From Mytilus trossulus (Eukaryota): a stretch of 64,000 nt of DNA. The position numbers and the translations under genes are program-made. Below, piece after piece: positions 36,900-50,500 of this stretch. How positions within the stretch are numbered: position 1 is the stretch's first letter; every line of letters starts with the position of its first letter. The notes beneath the pieces were generated by a model. The model made no database searches. It saw nothing but the letters and a program-made list of their open reading frames with translations, and had not been told where the DNA came from. The stretch lies in the NCBI RefSeq assembly GCF_036588685.1, contig NC_086386.1, forward strand, positions 29,140,001 through 29,204,000, given 5' to 3'.

Positions 36900-39800
36900 A
36901 CCGACAACAGAGACTTCGAAATACCTGAATTTACAGACAGTTTCCCAAAATATCTAGGACCTATTATGGATTCAACAGGAGAAAACCTTACATCTCACCA
37001 GAAACAAAAGGTTGCAAGACTTAAAATGGAATTCAAAAACATATTTGCTAAGAATGATGAAGATCTTGGTTGCTTTTCTGGTATTCAACACCAAATAAAG
37101 ACTGGCGAAGCTTGGCCAATTCGTCAGCCCCTAAGACGTCATACATAAGTATTCCAAAGGGAAGAAAAAGCATATCGATAAACACGATAAGCTTCTCCAA
37201 AGTGAAACAGTTGTACCGTTTGATTTTTAAAAATTGTCAGCACCAGTTGTTCTTAAGAGGAAAAAAAGAGGGAGGTATAAGATGGTGCATTGACTACAGG
37301 AAAATCAACGCAGTAACCAAAGATTCGTATCCTCTTCCGAATATCGAAGAATTTTTAGACATCTTGTGTATTTTCGACACTGGGCCTTCAGAGCGGGTAC
37401 CATCAAATTGAAGTTGCACCCGACAATCGATGCAAAATTGCATTCAAAACTCATTACGGACTGTTTGAATACACTCGAATGCAGTTTGGGCTATGTGGAG
37501 CACCATGCAGGAACCTTTCAACGGGTAATGTTATTACACCTGCGAGGTATTCAGTGGGAAATGGTTCTTATATACCTTGACGATGTGATAATAGCCAGTT
37601 CGGATTTTGAATCTCACATAAGTCACCTTACTCATGTATTTGAAAGGTTTAGTGATCATGGTCTCAAACTCAAACCCATCAAATGTAAACTGTTTCAGAA
37701 GAGATTTCTGTTTCTGGTACACTATGTCGGTGCAAGGGTATAGAGACCAATTCCGGAGTGATCGATACTGTTATAGATTGGCCAGTCCCCTCCAATGTTA
37801 AGGAGCTTCGGATATTTTTCGGACTGACCAACTACTACCGGCGATTTATTTCCAAATACGCTGATATTGCGGATCTCTTGTACCGGTTACTAACCAAAGG
37901 ATGTACGTTTACATGTGGGACAGACCAACAGATGACATTCGACTCGCTAAAGACTCGCTAACGTCAACGCCTAATTTAGCTTATCCACTTCCGGAACAGA
38001 CATTTACAGACACAGACGCATCAAACACTTCAATTGTAGCTGTCACATATACAGGGAGGTGTGGAAAGAGTTATCAGCTTCGCCAGCCGACGTCTCAGTC
38101 CTGCTCAGGAGAAATATTGTGTCAATCATAAGTAGCTCCTTGCCGTGGTATCTTTTACAGAGCATTATCTACTTAAAAGATTCCCTTTGAGGACAGACCA
38201 TAGCTCCCTAACTTGGCTCTACCGTTTCAAGAGCCCACAGGGTCAACTTGCCGCTGGCTAGAACAGCTCAGTCAACTTGACATTTTATTCCAGCATCGAA
38301 TTGAAAAAGACAACTGCAACGCTGACGCACTATCCTGATATCCAGAGACAAGTCATGTTTGTGACTGCTACAAAGCTAAAATAGACCCGCTAACATTGCC
38401 ATGCAATGATTGCCAACACTGCAGCAAACTGCACACACAATTGGTAAAATTTGAAGCAGACGTTTATGATGTCCTCCCAATAGCCACGAGGAGGATTACA
38501 GCAGTCGATCCAAATGATATAGATATAGGAAGATGTAGTGTGAGTGCCAATGAGACAACTCTCCATCCAAATAACAATTTAAAAAGTAAACCATTATAGG
38601 TTAAAGAGAGCTAATCGCGCATGCAACTTCAGGAGGAACAATCTAAAGATTCAGCCACTAAGAACTTAATTGAATGGATGAAACACGGACCTCCAGAACG
38701 CAACCACATAGTAAAGAATGTTCCGCTTAAGACATTATTGGCTTTGCTTGCAACAAGTAAGCATTTGAGATGGAGTCGTTTAATATAAATGGAAAACAAT
38801 TTATGATGAGAACGAGTTATTTATCGTTCCGGATAGTATAAGGAAAAAAGTTTAAGAAGTTTGTCACAAATCAGTACTTGCAGCACATCCTGAAATTCAC
38901 CGCACAATGAAAAGGTTCGGTTAAATTTTTATTGGTAATGGCATGAGAAATGACGTAGCTTCTTATATATATCTTCCTTCCAGCAGTGTGCAGTCAACAA
39001 GAAAAGCACGAAAACTAGCACCAATGCAAAATTATCAGACTGGAGCACCAATGGACCGCATACAGCTAGATAATCTCGGACCGTTCCCAAAATCCAGCCG
39101 AGGAAGTAAATATGTTTTAGTTCTTGTGGACCAGTTCACAAAATGGACAGAAGCCTATCCGTTAGCAGACCAAACAGCTGAAACAGTTGAAGAAACAGTG
39201 GTCAGAGAATTCTTCTCTCGTTTTGGAATATCATTAGAAGTCAACACGTACCAAGGTAAATCTTTCGATTTTGTCTTAATGCGATGACTAGGACAACTAC
39301 TTGGATGGGCAAAAACAAGAACAACACCTTATCACCCTAGTTCAAATGGGATAGTTTAGCAACAGGACCTTCAAGGGCAAGACAATTGGGATGAACATCT
39401 GTATTTATTAACAAGTGCATATCGGAGTACACCTCACACTGGACTGACACCTAACAGACTTATGTTGGGTCGTGAGGTACATCTCCCGCAAGAACTTATT
39501 TTTGGAATGCAAGAGAAATCAATTGTGACTATGAAGACTATGTTAACAGATAATCTTCTTCTTTACAGAAATGCCACGAGTTTGCAAGAAAGTCCTCAAT
39601 GAAATCATCAGAACATCAGAACATCAGAAACGACTACATATGATCTCAGAAAACAATGAGCATACGTTTGAAAAAAGTAAAATCACAAAAATACTGAACT
39701 CAGAGGAAAATCAATACGGAAAGTCCATAATCACATGGCAAAATCAAATAACAAAACGCATCAAAAACGAATAGACAAGAACTGTCATCTCTTGAAACAG

Positions 39801-40020
39801 ATCTTGTCTACGCGATGGATACGACAAAGCAAATAGGGGAAAACCCAAAGCTCCAAGCTAAATGGAAAGGACCTTATGTGGTGAGCAAACCTTTTGATAA
39901 AGTTTTATATGAAATCGGTAATCAAAAGACTACAACTATGTTGCACCATGATAGACGTATGCCAGCTATGTTGAATTCAGTAACTCTATGGATAACTCGC
40001 CAGCGAAGAAAACTTTAAAA
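36900..40020 (+). pseudogene. Decayed Ty3/Gypsy LTR retrotransposon pol (RT-RNase H-integrase)
   Basis: Fragments in shifting frames: RWCIDYRKINAVT.DSYPLP, YLDDVII, LKLKPIKC, WPVPSNVKELR.FFGLTNYYRRFI, DTDASN, PMDRIQLDNLGPFP..YVLVLVDQFTKW, KWKGPY; many stops and frameshifts; no LTRs recognised. Confidence 0.92.
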
Positions 40021-40399
40021 CATTGAAGCAAATGTGCTTGATATCACAGAAGTGGAAACTTGCCTACAAGAAATTCTAGAAGGTGAAGTATCAGACTTGA
40101 ATGAGGATGAGCGTGAATGATTCAAATGTGCCATCTGGGTCGAGGACTAGGATCCAGACTCGTGTGAGGCTGTGCATGAGAACGATAGGCAATCACATGA
40201 ATTGGTTGCCGTAATTTCAGATCAGTAAGGAAAGCGAATTTAGGATTACAAGATCAAACCATCATTTCATTTGATCAGACCAAACAGAGTCCAGGAGTCA
40301 ACATAACCGAAAATACTATCAAGGATTCAACAATACAAAATGCCGAAACAGAACAAAAGGAGATTATATCACTAGATTCTGGTACACTTTAACAAATAA

Positions 40400-41195
40400 T
40401 TAATACAGCATAATTACGTATGTTATAATTAGGAAGCTTTTAAATCTTAAATATGATGAATTTGGCTTAACAAATTAAATAGCCATAAACCTGGCATGGT
40501 GCACACAGATGAATTAAGAACCTATAGACTTCTTTTTAAAAATAACATTGGCCTTGAAAAATATTTACTGTAAAACAATAAATGAGTTAACCAAATTTAA
40601 AATCAGAATTCCAATAAACATAATTAAAATAGAAAAGGAAAGACATAAAGGAATATCCCCACTAACAAAAGATTTTGTAAATTATGGATTAATGACATTG
40701 TTGTGGATGAAATTCATTTTCCTCTTCAATGTCCATCACTTAAAACTGAAAGGTCCAGTTTCGTTTTAGATTTATCCTCTAAATTTACTAAATTTAAAAC
40801 TCTAAATGACCAATCAAAATTTGTATGATAAGGTTGATGTCTAATGAAGATCCATTTGTTACTAACATAATGATAAAGTTAAAAGTTTGATAGAGACTTG
40901 AAGAGCAAAATTAAGTGATAAATGAGTAGCACTCATGTCTTATTCTAAAGAATACAACGGTACTGGGTACTGATTGTTTTCACTCAATCATTATCTTTGA
41001 TACTATATATTATACTGTGTTTGTTGTTTCCCTTCTTCTATACATAGTTTTTGTTAAAATTATTGTCATGTTTTGTAATTTCAAATAGTTCAATTAAAAA
41101 GGTCACCACATTTTATTATCTGTAAACTTTAATCTTAACTGTAATTGTACTGCTCCTAGGAGCGTCTTGATTAACAAATTATTGTTTTTGTTGTT
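40400..41195 (+). mobile_element. Degenerate LINE 3' fragment (zinc-knuckle region)
   Basis: Eroded C-terminal motif R.FCKL..VVDEIHF..QCP across frameshifts. Confidence 0.4.
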
Positions 41196-42254
41196 CTAAC
41201 CAGGAAATTAAAATTAAAATAAAAAATATCTTGCAATGGACCGGAAGAGGAGAAACTAATATTATGACATCAAAGATCAAACGACCAACGTGTTTCTTAC
41301 TTTGTGTAAACTTGATTTACTCTCTTCTATTCCGATCAGTCAGATGTCTATAGACTTCTCCTGGAAATAAAATATTGAAGACTCTACTTTCGTTTTTAAT
41401 AAAGATATGACTTAGAACCAACATTTTTAATAAATACATCTACAAAGAAGTACGTAAATAAACCGAGTGTAAATATATTAACTGTCCAAAACACTAAACC
41501 TTGAATCTATAATTGGTGACTGTCAAGGTAGAAATCTTCAAAAGCGATTGAGCAGTTAGGAAATGTTAACAAATATTAACCACACCACGGAAGTCGCCAT
41601 GCCGGGGACAATATTTATTCAAGATATTGATTAGTGCACGACGAGCAAAAAAAAATGAAGATTATAGAAAAAAAGGGTTAATTTTTTGAAGATTAGAGAA
41701 AAAAGGGGTGTAAATTAAATGTTTACAGAATAACAGCCACCCCCCCCCCCCCCCCGGCTATCCAGACCCTCATGCGTTAGTATAATATGGGGGGTTAGAG
41801 GAGTCCTGTTCCTGGCAACAGGACTTAGTCACTCACAAACATATCATTAGAATCCTTGGGACTTTTGTTTGTTTGTGAGTGAATCAGTTGTGAATTGGTC
41901 GAGTTTATACACCAATAAATTTCTTTAAAAGGGCGTTTAATCCTATAATATACATCATAATTTGGAAAATTAGAATGTCAATAAAGCCATTATCTCGGAA
42001 AACAATCAGAAAAACAACGGATGTCATTTTACTTATATCCGAGAGATAATTAACCTATTATTGTATAACTATAGGACACATGTTTGTGTCTGATTATGTG
42101 TCAAGCGAAGGTTATTTCTAAATGTAGAGAAACCTCTGGATGTACTGTGAGTAAATTTTATAAACTACTGTTCCGTTTGCATTTTCGACTTAAAGAAGTA
42201 ATATAATGTGTTGTGTTTTTTCTTTTTATTTATAAAACTACAATTTTTAGTCGA

Positions 42255-42632
42255 TCGTTCTTATGTTGTTCTGTTATCCCACTGTCCCATGTTAGGGGAG
42301 GGTCGGGATCCCGCTAACTTAACCCAGCCACATTCTGTATGTATGTGCCTGACCCAAACCAGGAGCCTGTAATTCAGTGCATGGTTGTTGATGTGTTACA
42401 TATTTGTTTTTCGTTATTTTTTTGTGCATAAATCACTAGGCCGTTAGTTTCCTTGTTTGAATTGCTTAATACATTTGTCCTTTCGGTGCCTTATTTAGCT
42501 GACTATGCGGTGTGGGGTTTGTTCATTATTGAAGATCGTACGGTGACCTGTTATAGTTGTTAATTGCTGTGTCAATTGGTCTCGTGTGGAGAGTTGTCTT
42601 ATTAGCAAATCATACCACATCTTCTCTTTTAT
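42255..42632. repeat. Abundant interspersed repeat (related ends at ~11075-11170, 38515-38607, 45775-45985, 63766-63895)
   Basis: Shared terminus TGGAGAGTTGTCTCATTGGCA.TCA.ACCACATCTTC in both orientations. Confidence 0.65.
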
Positions 42633-43135
42633 ATGTGTACTTATTTATCTATTTTGTACACGTTTGGCATGTTTGGTACGTAGATTATCGTAGATATAAA
42701 AATCTGTTTAACTTATGCAAAATGGTTCACATGTTATATACTTTTTTAAGCAGAAATTTGAGGCTGAGAAAGTTATGAATTAACATTTGTTTTTCACCAT
42801 TGATGATTTCATTTTATAATGAAAATGACGCCTTTTGACACCCTCTTCCCCTCCCTGTTCATTTGCTGTCAAAATGGAATAAAATGGTCCAATGTATAAA
42901 AAAAAAATCATTTTCAATCTAGTAATTAAATTTATTGATCTCTGATTGCGTTATTCTACATATGAGTAGTATAACGAAATCAGAGATCATATTTTAATAA
43001 GATTGAATCATTTTAACACTTCCTCCCCCTGTTCTTCAAATGGAACAGTTCAATTGAAATCTTTCATCTATTCGTTTCAGTTTGTTGAAGTGTTTGTCAC
43101 AAAAAGATAAGACTGGTAACGGATATTCGGAAACC

Positions 43136-44530
43136 ATGAACTATCATCTGCATTTTTTAATGTCAATATACTTTGGACTTTTACACACGATAGTGGAAAG
43201 TGGAGGTAAATTTGTATTTCTCTTGGTAGTAACTGGGGACAGTTTATCTGTTCCTAGTATTTAAGTAAGCATATCAATAATTAGTCCTATGATATATGAC
43301 TTCGCATTATATATTCACTATTTAACGTTTTTTTATATGCTCGGGTAGCACATTGATAATATAAAAAAAATAAAAAATTAGCAAAATCAGTAAAAGGAAA
43401 TTGAAATAGAAAATAATGCCCCCGAGTTCATATATTATAGGACTAATTAATATTATACCAAAACAATTTATAATAATCATGGGATTTTAAGAGTGGATTT
43501 TTATTTCAAGAGTGCATGAACTTCAAGTGGGTGCAGACTAGGACGGATATGTACAATATAGTAGAATTTATCTGATACTGTTAGGTTTGCTTTTCATAAA
43601 GACTACGGTTTACACTGGTAATCCCTGCAAATTCGATTTTACGTTTCGCCATATTATGTATTAGCGTCTGTGTCTAAAGAGAACCCAGAAATGCATGAAA
43701 GAAGATAAGAATTCATCTTAAAAGAATCAAAATATAAAAATATCTGACTATCTGCGTAATAAGAACCTGAGAATTAAATAAATATGATTATTTGTTCTTA
43801 TCATAGGGGTTATTTAGGACTTGTTAGCGCTTGTAATGAAATACATTTTCGAAAAACATGTATGATGCATCAAATTAACTGCGTTTTTTTGTTGTTATAA
43901 TTATTGTGTTTTACAATTAGCGCTCGTATTCCCTGATACATGATGATACGTTCTCAGACGTTTGTTACTAGAAGCCATAAATAATATATGAATATTTAAA
44001 AACAACATTATATATTTAATACAAGTTATAATTCAGTAAATCAGTACCTTCATATTGTAGATACTAAAATGAATATGGTGTTGAGAGCCTTAATGTCTCC
44101 GACGCCACTACCAACTACAATGCCTCCGACGCCATCACCAACTACAATGCGTCCACTGCCTTCAATGCCAATGATACCCCAGCCACCAAGATGTGTTTAT
44201 AGAGGACAAACATATCGTTTTGGTGAGATGATTCAACAGGGACAATCAGGAAACTGGTGCCATTTCACAATGTGTGACCTTTCAGGGCAAATCATACATG
44301 GGGATGACTTCCACTGTTCTACAACTACATTACTCCCAACTACAAACTTACCACGAACCACAACACCACGTGGATGTTTCTTTGAAGGGAGACATTACCA
44401 ACTCGGGGAACAAATATCAAGCGGACAATCAGGAAACTGGTGCCATTTTTCAATGTGTGACTATTCAGGTCAAATCCATGGTGATGTCTTTAACTGTTTG
44501 GCAACCTTACGGCCGACAACACCAACATAA
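43136..44530 (+). CDS. Small secreted Thr/Pro-rich protein with two 4-Cys repeats (~179 aa; exons 43136-43205, 44061-44530)
   Basis: Exon 1 encodes a signal-peptide-like MNYHLHFLMSIYFGLLHTIVESG with a gag|gtaaat donor; phase-1 acceptor ttgtag| at 44061; repeat C.(Y/F).G..Y..GE.I..GQSGNWCHF.MCD.SGQI.HGD.F.C; AATAAA at 44562. Confidence 0.78.
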
Positions 44531-47182
44531 TACATTGTACATATAGGCTGATCAGTTCAATAATAAACTCAGTCGTTTTTACGTTTTCATAGTTGAATCA
44601 CTTGTTTACAGTCAGGATTCTATATGTACTTCGTCAAAATTATCTCACCAGTACGCCAGTTAATTTTTACAATCGTAGAAATTGAAGCCATTGTAGGGAT
44701 GATTCACTCCCAATTTAGCTCTTTATTTTATCCAAATAGCACCATTACGATCCTTATTTATATGTCAGTTGTATTTTAAAAAACCAACGTATCTTCTAGC
44801 TAATGAGTATAAGTTAATGTTCGTGACTGCATTGAGTCAGAGACATATAATACATTATACGTCTCTGATTGAGTCAACTTAAACTATTGTCTGATCGGTT
44901 GTCAGGTGGAATTTTCGAAAATTCATAAACATTTAAAAAAAAATCTAATTAAATATTTTGTGGAGGGGCTGACTAAGAACGTTCTTTGGTTGAAGACTTT
45001 AAGCCCTAATTATCACATACACAAAGTTATGTTTGTTCGAAGATATGCATTTTCATCCTTCAACTTGAAAGACTGTCGTAAAGTACTTTTAGTCATTGAA
45101 AAAATAGATTTTCGAACACCTACACTTTTTTGTGATTCATTAGAAAGGTATTTCACTTGACCCATTATTTCATCTTTTAGTACTGTGCTGTGAATTTCTT
45201 ATGTTATGAAGTCAACCTGTAGCCTCCGTCCGTGGGAGAGAGAGAAAAAAATAAAATCGGTGGTTATGCATTTTCTACATTCAACTTGATAGATACTCAT
45301 GTCGTCGGCTTGATATCTAATTGTTCTGCTTTGTAATATAGATAAATTGAAAACTTATGCAAATGGTGTTTTAAAAATAAAATTAAGAGATAACTGTATT
45401 AAATTATATTTGAAGCCATTTCAACCGTACCGGCTCAAGAAACTTAATCTCGTTGAGATGACCAACGGAACTTGGAACATATAATAATCGATTTATTCAA
45501 GTATGTCAGATTTCCCGAGTTACCTGTCATACTGCATTTTTATGGTAATTTTAGACAGTAGTTTCGGTGATCCTATAAAAAAGAAGTCTTATAAATAACC
45601 GTTTTAAAATGTTTCTAATTTTGATCTTATTTATTATGCTTTCAATTATACAACCCCTTGATTTATCAAATATTAACATTTTTGTTAAAAAAAAAAAGAG
45701 GCTTTCAATATATGCTATCTGATTAGCCGGCAAAGCTGTATCACGAATATATTGACTACTTTTCTGTATTAACTGGTCTCTTGTTGAGAGTAACGCTGGC
45801 GGATCTAGAATTTTTCGTAAGTGGGGGCCCACTTGCGGCATAAGAGGAGGCCGCGCCAGTCACGCTTCAGTGATTCCCTATATAAGCAACCATTTTTTCC
45901 CCAAAAAAAAGGTTGGGAGAGGGCGGGCCCCTGGGTCCTCTAAATCCGCCTCTGAGTAATACCTCATTGGCACCATGTCTTCTTATTGCGATATCCTAAT
46001 ATGGAAGTCCCTAGCAATTGCCACCATGGAGAAAGCTATCTGTGCATGTAATTGCCACGGTAAATAAATCTAAATTAACCAGCTCATGGGGCGTCTTTTC
46101 CGAAATACTCATCTGGACATGCAAATTACAATGCAAGAAATCTTGCAATGACCATGCAAGATGTGCCCGGAAACAAAGGCTTTTATTCTAAAAAATTATC
46201 AATATTACCAATGTTTGCAGAGTGGATGAAGCACAATAAAAAAAAAAACTAGATGAACCCGTGATTGATCGATGTTTTAATTTGAATATGAATACTGCAC
46301 CTTAATTTGATCTAATTCATAAAAGACCAACACACTGGACTTGACCTTAAGCTAGCCAATATAAAAGAAAATATCCACAGAAAAAAAAATCACTCTATTA
46401 GTATCTGGATATATTAGTATCCTGACTGCGGGTCGCTTACTCATCGCATTTACTCCTAATTGCATCTTGCTTAGCAGTGGCGGATCCACGGGGTGTTCCG
46501 GGGGTTGGAACCCTCCCTTTTTGGGGGCCGATCAATGCATTTAAATGGGGAATATTATAGTTGGAACTCCACCTTTTATCCTGGGTCACGAACTGGAGAC
46601 CAGCACATTAACACCTAGCAACATCCGAAAGAGTCTTCCTTGGATCAATGTCAAATAGGACAACCTATGAATAAAACATTTATGCCTAAGAAGCGCTCTA
46701 TTTGTTTGTTATTCCTCCAAGCTTTTAGTATTCGAAGAAAGGTCGAACATTCATCATTCGAGGTTTGATAGAAATACCAAACATTCAATATACTATACCA
46801 AATAAAATCACAGAATCAAAACATCCATACTATCTTGTAACTTGTAACTTGTATATCGTAACTTCCTCCAATAAAGGAGCACCTCAATCATGAGTATTCC
46901 ACCACCTTGTAAATGTACATGTTTATCTCTAAATGATTAAAATATAAAAGTCACACTGGTAGACATCTATCATCATTAAAAGGAATATTAAAAGTGGTTG
47001 TATATACATATGTATCGGCATAAAAACTTGAGGTAATTCAATGTCATGACATTTAAAATCTAAAATATATTTTCTCGATATTTACAGTTTATTTACACTG
47101 ATGTTGATCCGCGGAAATCGGTCTTCTGTATATTTGCTGGTTTTATTTAAGATAGTTAGCTTTTATCTGTATACCACAGTGT

Positions 47183-47540
47183 AGTGTGGCCACGTACCCA
47201 CGCTTACTGCTTCAAAGGATTTTATTGGGCTAAGTTGTAGTAAGTTTCAGTAAAGTGTGGCGAGATCCACGCTTACTCTGTTATAAACAATGACAAATAT
47301 TTAGCCTCTTCAATAAAGTGTGGCGAGATCCACGCTTTTGTTGTGTTGACGTATATGTGTTTGTATAAGAAGGCATTATGGATCAGTTAACAAGTGTGGC
47401 GAAATCCACGCTCATTTTGTAATAATGTTGAGGACGCTTCATAGTTGTGTCCCAAGAGTGTGGCGAAATCCACGCTCATTTTGCAATAATTTTGAGATTG
47501 CTTCGTAGTTTTATCCCTAGAGTGTGGCGTAACCCACGCT
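47183..47540. repeat. Array of six 20-22-nt hairpins AGTGTGG-N6-CCACGCT in the LINE 3' UTR
   Basis: Copies start at 47183, 47254, 47317, 47393, 47457, 47521, separated by 43-56-nt mostly unrelated spacers. Confidence 0.9.
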
Positions 47541-47562
47541 CAAGGTATCTATTAAGCTAACT

Positions 47563-50500
47563 TCATGTTCGATCGATATCATTGAGAATTCTTGACCTGC
47601 TTGTGTGTAGTAGAAAGCATAGTCTCCTTGATTGAAATTCTATGTCCATTAGGATTGATTTGTCACATCTGGGTTCCAGTAATCCAATTGTGCTTGAATC
47701 AACTATCACTTGGATAAGGCCTACTTCGCTACCGTTGTTTTTGAATTGAATACGGAGCTTTTCGTGTAGCATTTGGATATTACTCAAGATTGATTTTCTC
47801 TGGTTCGACAGCGCAGGACAAAGCAGTAGGAAATGTTCCAAGGTTTCATCTGATGTTTGGCACAAAGGACAAGTTCCCATTAATCCTTTGTTTTTTGAAT
47901 GCTTTGTTCTGTCAGCCATGAGTATATAACTTCCTGTTGCTATTCTTAATTTTACGGGTATTCTCATAGCTTCTTGCATGGAATTACTAGCAGATAGGTT
48001 TACTAATACATGTGTCTTCCCTGGTATATATTGAATATTTAAATACTTTAGTGAGGGGTATAGTTTACAATGACCCTCGATAAAATGTTTCCAATACTTT
48101 GATACTTCTTTATTTACCATGGTCTTCCATTTTAATTTTTGAATTTGACTGTCTAATACATGTAAAGCTGATGGTAAGTTGTATTTCGCTAGAATCGTTT
48201 TAACAGTGATAAACCAGCTGTGACTATCATCCGTTTTCATAAGTAGTTGTCTGTATGCAATTTGTTTTTCTAAACTATCATGTGGTTGTCTAGATATATT
48301 TCCAAATAATGACAAGATCTTTTTATGTATTTGACCCTCTATTGGTAGTTGTCCAGACAGAATGTATATGGCGGGCGTAGCTGTACTTGTTGGTAAAGAA
48401 AGTAACTGCTTTATACATTTTTTGTGGAATATGTCAATAATATCAAAGTTTTTTCCTGTAGGAGTTACTAATTCCAGGCCGTACAGAAGTACAGGGATGA
48501 CATAGATGTTAAATATATGTAGTAATGACTGTATGTCCAGTCCATTTTTCCCATGCAAACCAGCTGGCATAAGACTGTACATGGCTCTTCTAGCCTTTTT
48601 AACGTTTTCATACAACGGATTAGGATCATCTGGTTTTGATGTGCGCAAGACCCCCATATGGGTTGTTTGGCTAACTATTGGCATTATTGAGTTACCTATA
48701 CTCCATGGAAAGGAAGGTTCTTTCTGTTTTCTACGATTTGGATATACTGGTAGAATAACACTCTTCACTGGTTGAAGCTTATATCTCTCCCTTCGACTGT
48801 AGTTGTATGCCATGTTAATGAGTACCTGTAGTTCCTCGGGGTTGTCACTCATTAGTGCCACATCATCTGCACAAGTTGGAGCTGCGCAGCAAATAGATCC
48901 TATTTTTGCTCCTAATCCAGAATACTCGATATCTGTTAGGAGATTGTTGATGTACAGCTTGTACAGGTCAGCGCTCAGTATACCACCTTGTTTTACGCCT
49001 TGACATATTGAGAATGGTTCAGATATTAGACCATTAAATTTAACTACACTGCTAGAGTCCATGTGAAGACTATGTATAAGTTTCCATAGTAGTCCATCTA
49101 CACCTGCTATGTATAGCTTTCGTAGGATACTCTCGTGCGTTACCACATCAAATGCCGATTTAGCATCTAGAAGCGATATATATATTATTTTACCAGCATC
49201 CCTGCATTCTCTAATAAATTCTTCAATGAAGAAGGAGCAATTCATTGGAGCTGAGTTCTCAGTAAATCCTCTTTGTAGCCTATTTTGTTCTTTCAATATT
49301 TTAGGTTGGACCTTAGCCTTTGCTACAGACTCAATTAGTTTCAGCAGTATTGACATGATAGTAATCCCTCTGTAGTTGGAAGCATTCTTGTTACTTCCTT
49401 TGTTCTTGAATACAGGAGTGAGGAGACCCTTTTTAAGTATTTCAGGTATTAATCCTAATTTAAATGATGATACTATCATATTTGTTATTACTGTTTGCAG
49501 CTTTTCCCCACCATATTTGATATTTTCAGAGGATATGCTATAAATGTCTGGAGATTTGTTTATTTTCAATCCATTTATGGCGTCTTGAACATCTTTTTCT
49601 GTTACAGAGATGGTATTAGTTTGATTGTTACATATATCAATTATATTGTCTAGATCTAATGCTAACTGTTTGTAATATTCGTCGTCATATTCAGGATCAA
49701 TTGCTGGTTGCGCTAATTTGTTGAAATGATGTTTCCATCCAACTATAATTTCATTGTCAGATTTATAGATATTATCTTGTACATTCAGTTCGGATATACA
49801 ATTCTTCAGCTTTCCTTTTTTTTTACCAAGTAACTTGTAAAATATTTGATCATGTTTAGTTCTAGCATCTAAAATTTCTTGTCTATCATTGAGGACTTCC
49901 ATCGCTATCTCTATTCTACATGTTTTTCGAAGTTGATATTTCGCAGATTTCATATCACAGTATATTTTGTTGTTTGGTGATGTCGGTCTTTCATTTGCTT
50001 TCCATTTTGCAAAAGCTTCTTTACATCTTTTACTTGCTTGATTTGTTTGAAAGGATCTTATCTTAGGTTTTTGTTTCTTTCTCTTGTATACCTTGGGTTT
50101 AGGAGCTGATTCTATTGCTGCATTTTTCATAATGGTATTAACTTGTGTCATAACTTTAGTTAGCTCATCACCCGATTGAATCTCACTTGAAATGGCTGTT
50201 AGTGACTTGTTAATATTCTCCTCGTATAGATTCACGTCAATAGTACTCCATTTAATTTTTCTATTGGTAGGCAATATTTTTGTACTTTGTTGCCTATGTT
50301 TTATTTTGACGTTTAGTCTGCAGGTTATATGATAATGATCAGAGACTAAAGAACTACAGGAGTCAAGTTTAAGAAAACCGGAATGGTTCTCAAACAGCTC
50401 TTTGTCTAGTAATATGAAATCGATAGAAGATATTTCTTCATGCTTGTAGTTTATGAATGTTCGGCCCAGATCTTTTGTATATAAGCGATGGTCCTCCATT

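Noticed and set aside
36900-40020. Functional or domesticated Gypsy pol / programmed frameshifts
   Set aside because: Many stops, frameshifts in every domain and a nested repeat at 38515-38607 indicate neutral decay.
47183-47540. CRISPR array
   Set aside because: Eukaryotic LINE 3' UTR context, no cas genes, only a 20-nt repeat, uneven spacers with two related to each other. Reported as a hairpin array instead.
48506-49375. Plus-strand ORFs (also 51269-51596, 52320-52535, 28037-28225, 28874-29071, 54154-54686)
   Set aside because: Antisense shadows of long real ORFs on the opposite strand.
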